A DNA stretch of 52,569 bases from a virus (taxonomy: Duplodnaviria; Caudoviricetes): the IMG/VR virus record IMGVR_UViG_3300007513_000054, positions 1-52,569 of that record. One strand, 5' to 3'. The notes below the pieces were generated by a model. The model had not been told where the DNA came from. It saw only the letters and a list, made by a program, of their open reading frames with translations, and made no database searches. The position numbers were made by a program, and so were the translations under genes. Of this stretch, positions 45,746 through 52,569 are shown one piece after another; positions within the stretch are counted from its first letter, which is position 1, and each line of letters begins with the position of its first letter.

Positions 45746-46337
45746 TTTGTTTTTCTTTTGTTGTTCTTTTGTATATAGTGATGATAGAGATTACTATAAT
45801 GTTATAACAGATAATAATCTCTTTCGTCCATTAGGTTGGACTAGACCAGATAATACTCCAAAATTTTATTTAGTAGCTACAATTGATACTAAGGATGATT
45901 ATACCTATGCTATTATTCGTAATCAGAGAAATAGATTACGAATAGTTCGTAAAGGTGATTTGATTAATCAAATAGAAATTCTTTCAATTAAATCTAATAA
46001 AATAATTATGAAAAATGGAGAAAATTATGAGTCAAGTAGGATGGTTTTCCTATCAGGGACAACTGGAAAAAAAAGTAGAACGACTAGAAAAGGAAATCAA
46101 GGATCTGGAGTACAAACTTCGGGTTCAGAAAGTGGTCAATCAGAAACTATTGGACAAAATCAACGATCTGTTCAGAGAAGAAGGTCTAGAGGAGGTTCTA
46201 GATCGAATCAAAATGTCTCCGGTATGAGAAACCAATGGCAAAATGCTTCTCCAGAAGATCGTCAGAAGATGATAGAAGAATTTAGGGCTCAACGGGGTAG
46301 TGGATCCCGAGGAGGTCGTCGAGGAAGACGGCAATAA
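45708..46337 (+). CDS. Type II secretion GspC-like protein (start uncertain)
   Basis: N-terminal hydrophobic segment, 'YYNVITDNNLFRPLGW', 'LVATI...YAII....VRKGD.I....I.SI...KI' HR-domain pattern, R/G-rich tail. Confidence 0.55.
   Translation: MKKWKNGKIILSSLFFFCCSFVYSDDRDYYNVITDNNLFRPLGWTRPDNTPKFYLVATIDTKDDYTYAIIRNQRNRLRIVRKGDLINQIEILSIKSNKIIMKNGENYESSRMVFLSGTTGKKSRTTRKGNQGSGVQTSGSESGQSETIGQNQRSVQRRRSRGGSRSNQNVSGMRNQWQNASPEDRQKMIEEFRAQRGSGSRGGRRGRRQ
46027..46227 (+). CDS. Possible overprinted coiled-coil protein
   Basis: SD GGAG 6 nt before ATG; clean heptad repeat in an alternative frame. Confidence 0.4.
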   Translation: MSQVGWFSYQGQLEKKVERLEKEIKDLEYKLRVQKVVNQKLLDKINDLFREEGLEEVLDRIKMSPV

Positions 46338-46364
46338 TTACACACACACATAGGAGAATATATT

Positions 46365-46700
46365 ATGAGTTATACAGGAAGTTCTACACCATATCAAATT
46401 CGTTTGGAATTGATTAAACAAGCTAAAGACCTATTGGAATTTCAATATGGTCAAAAACAACAAGAGTTGGATAATATTTGGGCGGCACAGGTTGCAGATT
46501 GGGAAAAAGGATCTAGTGGAGCATATGCTGAAACACATCCTTTACCTGAACAAGCAGGTGCACCTACAGCAGAAGAAATACTAGAAGTTGCTGAGAAATT
46601 TAATGCTTTTGTTAGTAATGGTGATAATGGTCGTAGTGGTTATGATGTGGGCGGACTTGGTGGTCTTAGCTTATCAGTTGATACATCTCACGATTTTTAA
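46365..46700 (+). CDS. Conserved T4-like hypothetical protein
   Basis: 'PYQIRLELIKQAKDLL...PT.EEI...AEKFNAFVS'; preceded by (AC)n and SD AGGAG. Confidence 0.75.
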   Translation: MSYTGSSTPYQIRLELIKQAKDLLEFQYGQKQQELDNIWAAQVADWEKGSSGAYAETHPLPEQAGAPTAEEILEVAEKFNAFVSNGDNGRSGYDVGGLGGLSLSVDTSHDF

Positions 46701-46707
46701 ATTAACC

Positions 46708-46737
46708 TTGACAAATGGGTATATTATATGTTATAAT
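46708..46737 (+). promoter_or_regulatory. sigma70-type promoter of gp33-59-32, overlapped by a 14-bp inverted repeat
   Basis: TTGACA-N18-TATAAT. Confidence 0.8.
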
Positions 46738-46760
46738 ATACCCATAATCAAAGAGGGAAT

Positions 46761-46997
46761 ATGAATGAAATAGCTTCCTTATTTAATAACAAGGAAACAT
46801 TTAGTATGGAGATAGAACAATTAGTGCAGGAAGAAGATACTTCATATATAGATGCAGTAATGTTTTATTGTGATGAACATGAAATTGATTACAATATTTT
46901 AAAAAAATTAATTGATAATACATTGAAAGCTAAATTGGAGTTGGAAGCCCGAGAACGAAATTTTTTATCTAATAAAGTAAATACATTACCGGTATGA
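46761..46997 (+). CDS. 33: Late transcription co-activator gp33
   Basis: 'FS.EIE.LV.....YIDAV..YC....I....K.KLE.EA...NFL....LP'; gene order 33-59-32. Confidence 0.88.
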   Translation: MNEIASLFNNKETFSMEIEQLVQEEDTSYIDAVMFYCDEHEIDYNILKKLIDNTLKAKLELEARERNFLSNKVNTLPV

Positions 46998-47593
46998 TTA
47001 AAACACAACCAATACAAGTTTATAGAATGTATCTTGGTGTGAAATTGCATTTTTCCGATAAAAAATTTAATTATGTGAAAGCGAAGGGTGGTGTTAAGGT
47101 TAGTCCTGAAGCATTGACTAAGCGGAAGGATCGTTATTATTTTGAGAAACTGTCAGAATCATATTCACCTGATCAGTTATTGGGTTATTTTGTTTCTAAT
47201 TTTGTTTATGGTCAACAAGATGGTGCAGTTATTAATCAAGAAGAAGGTTTTTCAGTTTATTCTAATTGGAAAGCAAAGTTAGAACGATTATCCTATCATG
47301 TTGTGAATGAAGTTCAGGGTTTGGTAGATTCTGATAACTCGTTTAATTCTTTTTTTGTAGTCGAAGATGGAAAGCATCCTATTTTATTGAAAAATCATTT
47401 AAAGGGTGATTTTTCGTTAGAAACAATGCTTATCTTGGATCGATTAACCAATTATTTAGAGGACTGGAGAAATTTTATTAAAGACGAATATGTCTGGCCT
47501 GAAATCTATAATTTATTAATTCGATATAGTCATTTTATAGATTTTGGTAATATTAAACAATATAAAGAAAAAATATTAGAAATATTGAGGTAA
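46994..47593 (+). CDS. 59: Helicase loader gp59
   Basis: 'Y..YL..KLHF', 'RKDRYYFEKL', 'HP.LLK..L.G..SLET'. Confidence 0.9.
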   Translation: MIKTQPIQVYRMYLGVKLHFSDKKFNYVKAKGGVKVSPEALTKRKDRYYFEKLSESYSPDQLLGYFVSNFVYGQQDGAVINQEEGFSVYSNWKAKLERLSYHVVNEVQGLVDSDNSFNSFFVVEDGKHPILLKNHLKGDFSLETMLILDRLTNYLEDWRNFIKDEYVWPEIYNLLIRYSHFIDFGNIKQYKEKILEILR

Positions 47594-47597
47594 TACT

Positions 47598-48518
47598 ATG
47601 TCTACATTTGCAAATATGAAGAAAGATCGTAAATCTATGATGGATACAGTTCGTAAGGCAGTTGAAAGTTCACAAAATGAAACACAATCATTTCAGGATG
47701 ATAGATTCTGGTATCCTGAAAGAGATAAAGGTGGTAACGGATTTGCTGTAGTTCGTTTTCTTCCACAATCTGAAGGAGAGACAGTTCCTTGGATTAAATA
47801 TTGGGATCACGGGTTTCAAGGTTCTGGCGGTTGGTTTATTGAGAATTGTTTGACATCTATCAATAAAAAATGTCCGGCATGTGAATTTAATACTTCATTG
47901 TGGAATTCGGGTGTTGAATCTGATAAAGATATAGCTCGTAAACAGAAACGTAGATTACGTCATGTTTCCAACATATATGTTGTTCATGATCCGTCTAATC
48001 CGCAGAATGAAGGTAAAGTTATGCTTTATCGTTATGGTAAGAAGATTTATGATAAACTTTCCGAAGCTATGAATCCTGAATTTAAGGATGAAGTAGCTTT
48101 TAATCCGTTTGATTTGTGGGAAGGCGCCGACCTTAAACTCAAAATTCGTAAAGTTGATGGATGGCCAAATTATGATCGTTCTGAATTTGATGAACGAAAG
48201 CCACTGTTTGGTACTGATTCTGAATTAGAGGAAGTATGGAAACAGCAATATAAGTTAGAAGAATTTCTTTCTGATGAGAAATTTAAAACTTATGAGGAGT
48301 TACAAGTTTCGTTAGCTAGAGCATTAGGACAGTCAAAGGATATTGGTACAGTAGAAGATAATGATACAGATTTACAAGAAGAAGTAGTTTTGGAATCTCC
48401 TAGTACTAAGTTTGGTCGAATAGAAGAAAAAGTAGAAACTCCTGAATTAAATATTGATACTGATGCAGGAGAAGAAAAGATGGATTATTTTGCACGTTTA
48501 GCGGAAGATAATCAATAA
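47598..48518 (+). CDS. 32: Single-stranded DNA-binding protein gp32
   Basis: 'DDRFW.P..DK.GNG.AVVRFLP', 'HGFQG.GGW.IENC', 'NPFDLWEGA', 'DYF.RLAE'. Confidence 0.95.
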   Translation: MSTFANMKKDRKSMMDTVRKAVESSQNETQSFQDDRFWYPERDKGGNGFAVVRFLPQSEGETVPWIKYWDHGFQGSGGWFIENCLTSINKKCPACEFNTSLWNSGVESDKDIARKQKRRLRHVSNIYVVHDPSNPQNEGKVMLYRYGKKIYDKLSEAMNPEFKDEVAFNPFDLWEGADLKLKIRKVDGWPNYDRSEFDERKPLFGTDSELEEVWKQQYKLEEFLSDEKFKTYEELQVSLARALGQSKDIGTVEDNDTDLQEEVVLESPSTKFGRIEEKVETPELNIDTDAGEEKMDYFARLAEDNQ

Positions 48519-48610
48519 AGACATTGAGTAGAGCAATCCGATGATTAACCTATGATTCGTTCATAGAATTATTTCATTGGGAAAACAGTCCTCAGAGGGT
48601 CTCTATTCTG

Positions 48611-48664
48611 AACGGCATAGATTTGTAGTAAGGTAGCACCTTACCTTCTATGCCGTTTTTTTTT
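48611..48664 (+). terminator. Long-stem terminator between convergent transcription units
   Basis: AACGGCATAGA/TCTATGCCGTT stem with inner GTAAGG/CCTTAC, then T tract. Confidence 0.7.
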
Positions 48665-49103
48665 AATCTGTGTCTGCTGTTTTTTTGTTATTACCATTAT
48701 TAATATTATTGCCATTTTTATTGGTGTTAATGGTAAAGTTTCTGACATCAAAAAAACTGCTTACTGCTCCTCCAACAATACCAATAAACACAAGAATTAT
48801 TCTTTCAAAAAATGCCATTTCTCTTTCTATTGCTTCCTGACCTGTAGCCCATCCGACAAATACTAAAGTCCACATACACATTACTAATAATACTACACCA
48901 AAAAATATGTGTTTTAATAAGCCATGCTGTGCTGATAGTTTTTCGTGTATAGCTAGTTGTTCTGATGTATCATGATGATCACTTTTAGATTCTGTTAATT
49001 GTGATGATAAATCTTCTATCTCCTTTTTTAAAAGGAGAATCATTTCATGGTCTGAATCTACTATATCTTCTAAATCATGTCTGTCTCTATCATTTAAACT
49101 CAT
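48663..49103 (-). CDS. Coiled-coil plus 2-TM membrane protein
   Basis: Two hydrophobic helices; follows the tail gene. Confidence 0.65.
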   Translation of the reverse strand: MSLNDRDRHDLEDIVDSDHEMILLLKKEIEDLSSQLTESKSDHHDTSEQLAIHEKLSAQHGLLKHIFFGVVLLVMCMWTLVFVGWATGQEAIEREMAFFERIILVFIGIVGGAVSSFFDVRNFTINTNKNGNNINNGNNKKTADTD

Positions 49104-49104
49104 A

Positions 49105-52100
49105 TTAACTTCCTACTATAGACATGGTTCTCATTCTTCTATCATCTCTTACAGAAGGTTTAACAGATTGATACGTAGTATTGTTTTGCACATTAGCTGT
49201 TGGTGCATTGATAGCAGTTTGATTTGAGCCTTCCATATGACTCATTGTTCTTAGTTCCATTTGAGCCGTTTCCTTTTCTATTCTTGCAGTTTCTAATTGC
49301 GTGGCTGTCTGCGGAGTTCCGTAATCCATATTCAATGCTGTTGGAGGAACTACTACTGGTGCTGAAGGATATGCTAATTGTTCTATAGGTAATAATAGAC
49401 TTTCTGTTGCTAATGCAATTCTTTTAAGTGGATCCCATACGTAAGCCATTGTATAATTTTTTAGTGTACTTAATGTACTATCAGATAAATGTACTCTACC
49501 TAATGTTTCTTGATCCATTAATTTCTTTTCTTGTTCAGGTCCAATTGGAGCTACAATAGCTGATTGTAAGTGAAGACTAGCAGCCGTTATACTTCCCATT
49601 TTGATTGATGGTATTTCAAATGTTTTTGGCATGGAACTCTTTTTCTTACCGAATAGTCCCATAAATCCACCCCTTTTCTGACCACCACCAAATGCGTTCA
49701 TTATTTCGTTGATTACTTTTATTGCTTTTTTAGTTTCACCGCTTTTTAATTCTTTAGCTGCCTTTTTAATATCAACAGACATTTTTAACATTCCGGCACC
49801 AACAGCGTTAAACTTCTGTGATATTTTTCCACCTTCAGTTATTTTTGCTACTGCTGTTAGAATTTTTCCTAGTCTGGTCATTGCTGGTAAAGCAATTAGA
49901 GATGCAAGTCCAAAGGCAGTTAAAGAAATACCTAATGCTATAAAGGCAGGTCCTAGTGCAAAGATAAATGCTACAATTTTAACCATTTGAGTTACTTTGA
50001 ATGATGCTAAAACTTCTAAGAATTCTCCTATTCCACCTAATACAGTTTTAATTCCTTGAGCTAAAGCTCCTATAATTACAGCTATAGCTGTTCCAAATGC
50101 TTTAATTATATTTGCAAATGCTTCAAAAGCAGGTGCGGCTATTCTTAATGCTACACCTAGTCCTATGATTGCTGCTGTGATCACAGCAAGAACAGGAGCT
50201 GCTCCTATTAAAGCTGGAGCTGCTTGGGCTAATCCTTTAACAAATCCTGCTATTCCTCGTCCAATTCCTGATAAAAAGGAAGCTATTCCTTTTCCTACAG
50301 CTTTCATTACAGAACCAATCGCTTCAAAAACTTTTAATATACCGCCAGAGAACCAATCTTTAATTTTACTAAAGAAGTCTTTAATTCCACTAAATTTTTC
50401 TGTTATAGCACTTACTTTTCCAGATACTTTATCTTGTATTCCGCTTATTACTCCTCCATCTTTGTTTAGAATTTGATCTACAGCTCCTTCTGCGGGAGGA
50501 GCTTCTGTTTTTCCTCCAATTTTTCCTAATATGAAACCTTTTAATTTTGATCCAATATTTTTGGCTGTTACTCCAGTTTTTTCTGAATCATCTATTTGTT
50601 TTTCACCTCTATTAAAGAAGTTTAGCCCAGTATCCCATAATTTTTTTGCTTGTCCGATTCCTCCATCACCAGTTGCTTTATCTAATGCACCAGTTGATTG
50701 TGCAAATTGTAATCCTGCCTGCCACCATTTTTTATCTTCACCTGGTTTAACTTCTGTTGCTTGTCCTACAGCATTGGCTAAGAATCCCTCTTTGCCACCT
50801 TGTTTGAAAGCTGATAACATTGAGGCAGCTTTACCTACTTTAGTTTCTGTATCTTTACTATTGGTTAATAATTTTCCCATAACTGTATGAGGAGCAATCA
50901 TATCTGTTCCTGCTCGGTATAATCCTTCTTTACCACCATCTTGGAATGATTGTATTAGATTCACTCCACTAGCAGCCATTGTATGACCAAATCCTTCTTG
51001 TTGTTTTCCTAACCATTCACCAAGCTTTGTTCCTTCAAGAGCATCTAGTCCTTTGTTTAAGTAAGGATTATTTTTTATATTCTCAATAGTATTTCCTAGA
51101 TTACTAGACCATGTTGGTTCCCATCCCAAGTCTGGTATAACTGGATCGTTCATTATAGGAGCATTGGCTAATGTTTTATCAAATTGTTTTACAGCTTGAA
51201 TATTATTCGCTTTAGCTTCTTTCTTTTCTTCTTCGGTGGGAGCTATACTTGTAACAGCTTTATGTAGATCTGCTCTTTGTCTTGCTTCTATTTCTGCCTT
51301 TCTTGCTTCAGCAGTAGCTACATTGATAGCATGTTGTTTTTCCCATTTAGCCCTTTCTTCTAATGCTCTTTGATATGCAGCATCTCTGGCAGCTTTAGCT
51401 GCTTGATGTTTTTCTAGATTTTCATCTCTTACTCTTTCTCTAACAGGTTTTAATTCACTAGGATCAGTTCCAGAATCAGTTCCAAGCAAGTCCCAATCAT
51501 CAGTAGCATCAGCTTCTGCTTTAATTTTTTTATCAAGTTCTTCTAATACAGGAGCAGATTTTTCTTGTGCTTCTTTTGCTGTTGTAGATGTTTCAGCTAT
51601 TTCTTTAATACTTTCTGCAACTTTGTTTTTATCTAAATTTTTAATTGGACCTTCCATATTATACAGACATGTATAGATACGTTCTAATTGACTAATAACT
51701 TCTCCTAATTGTTCTCTTCTGGTATGATTAGCATCAATCATTTCAGGATCCATTTTTACAACTGTACTCATGCTAGTTAAGTCTGGAGCAGATAGTTGGT
51801 CTTTTAATGCTTTTAATGGATCATCTCCCTTATTTACTTCTGCTAGTACTCTTTCGGCTTCTTCCCTTAATCTTTTTTCTTCATGATGATATGCTAGTTT
51901 TGTAACTAAGTTTTGTTGTTCTTCATTTAATTGTTTATGGTGTAGTTTTTGTAGATCAAATCCTAAGTCGTCATTTAGAACTTTTAATTTTTGTATTTTT
52001 TTCTGACGCTGTTTGGAATCAAGCTCCATTTCACCTATCTCATTGATTAATTTTAATCTTTTATTTAAATTACTTTTAGTTTTTTTATCTAATTCGGAAT

Positions 52101-52569
52101 CCCATGGTTTTTCTTTTTCTGTTCCTTCTTTCTTTAAAGGTTCAGGTCCTTCTTCTTTGTCTTTACCCCAAAATTTTAATTTACCTGCTAATTTTCTAGG
52201 ATCAAGATTGTCTTTTGCAAATTGTACAATTCTAGCAAAGGCATTTGGTATCCATTCAGCTAGTTCTTTAATGGGGTCTGTAACTGTTGTAATTATATTT
52301 TTCATCCAAGGAGGAATAATATTATCCCATACATAATCAAAGAAAGCTGTAAATTTATCTCCTACTTTTGAGAATATTTCAAGAGGATAGTGTAATATAG
52401 CTTGTACAGAATTTTGTATTTTTTCAATAGTAGAGGAAAAGTCTACTTTTCCTAATCCAAATAATGAAGCTATCCGATTTATAAAACTTTCTACAAGTTT
52501 GATCGGAGCTGCTATCATACCATTTATACCTTCTTTAATTCCACCTACAAGACCATCTGTTTTAAATCC
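49105..52569 (-). CDS. Baseplate hub/tail length determinator (gp29/tape-measure-like), 5'-partial
   Basis: Frame stays open from 52518 to the window edge; long helical Ala/Gly-rich protein with C-terminal 'AINAPT.NVQNN'; convergent with gp32. Confidence 0.7.
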   Translation of the reverse strand, partial: GFKTDGLVGGIKEGINGMIAAPIKLVESFINRIASLFGLGKVDFSSTIEKIQNSVQAILHYPLEIFSKVGDKFTAFFDYVWDNIIPPWMKNIITTVTDPIKELAEWIPNAFARIVQFAKDNLDPRKLAGKLKFWGKDKEEGPEPLKKEGTEKEKPWDSELDKKTKSNLNKRLKLINEIGEMELDSKQRQKKIQKLKVLNDDLGFDLQKLHHKQLNEEQQNLVTKLAYHHEEKRLREEAERVLAEVNKGDDPLKALKDQLSAPDLTSMSTVVKMDPEMIDANHTRREQLGEVISQLERIYTCLYNMEGPIKNLDKNKVAESIKEIAETSTTAKEAQEKSAPVLEELDKKIKAEADATDDWDLLGTDSGTDPSELKPVRERVRDENLEKHQAAKAARDAAYQRALEERAKWEKQHAINVATAEARKAEIEARQRADLHKAVTSIAPTEEEKKEAKANNIQAVKQFDKTLANAPIMNDPVIPDLGWEPTWSSNLGNTIENIKNNPYLNKGLDALEGTKLGEWLGKQQEGFGHTMAASGVNLIQSFQDGGKEGLYRAGTDMIAPHTVMGKLLTNSKDTETKVGKAASMLSAFKQGGKEGFLANAVGQATEVKPGEDKKWWQAGLQFAQSTGALDKATGDGGIGQAKKLWDTGLNFFNRGEKQIDDSEKTGVTAKNIGSKLKGFILGKIGGKTEAPPAEGAVDQILNKDGGVISGIQDKVSGKVSAITEKFSGIKDFFSKIKDWFSGGILKVFEAIGSVMKAVGKGIASFLSGIGRGIAGFVKGLAQAAPALIGAAPVLAVITAAIIGLGVALRIAAPAFEAFANIIKAFGTAIAVIIGALAQGIKTVLGGIGEFLEVLASFKVTQMVKIVAFIFALGPAFIALGISLTAFGLASLIALPAMTRLGKILTAVAKITEGGKISQKFNAVGAGMLKMSVDIKKAAKELKSGETKKAIKVINEIMNAFGGGQKRGGFMGLFGKKKSSMPKTFEIPSIKMGSITAASLHLQSAIVAPIGPEQEKKLMDQETLGRVHLSDSTLSTLKNYTMAYVWDPLKRIALATESLLLPIEQLAYPSAPVVVPPTALNMDYGTPQTATQLETARIEKETAQMELRTMSHMEGSNQTAINAPTANVQNNTTYQSVKPSVRDDRRMRTMSIVGS

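Noticed and set aside
48519-48610. Hammerhead ribozyme (CCGATGA...GAAA)
   Set aside because: Core deviates from CUGANGA, is itself paired in my fold, and no suitable stem III is present.
49709-52336. + strand ORFs 49709, 50165, 50531 and 52013
   Set aside because: Antisense shadows of the long minus-strand tail gene.

Overview
AT-rich fragment of a large T4-like (myovirus) phage genome, nearly all on the + strand. It carries replication and nucleotide-metabolism genes (gp61 primase, class II RNR, RNase H, ThyX, gp33-gp59-gp32), auxiliary host-type genes (phoH, IscA/HesB, ammonium transporter, Hsp20, a flagellin-like protein, a GspC-like protein, a LamG protein), tRNA-Thr(TGT) and the 3' part of a minus-strand gp29/tape-measure-like gene that runs off the right edge. 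The main signal is ten exact copies of TAAAGTTT-N11-GTCGATAA between 25758 and 38332. This matches the flagellar sigma28 (FliA) promoter consensus and heads a block of small early-type genes right after a repeat-rich non-coding origin/terminus-like region. The same phage encodes a flagellin and two YjfB-like peptides, suggesting coupling to the host flagellar regulon. Sigma70-type (TTGACA-N17/18-TATAAT) and T4 late (TATAAATA) promoters form two further classes. Four paralogous, possibly capsid-packaged proteins with an ADP-ribosyltransferase-like H..S..E pattern are a second candidate novel system. Two proteins have motifs I associate with Poribacteria, a tentative host hint. All calls are by eye; no database searches were run.
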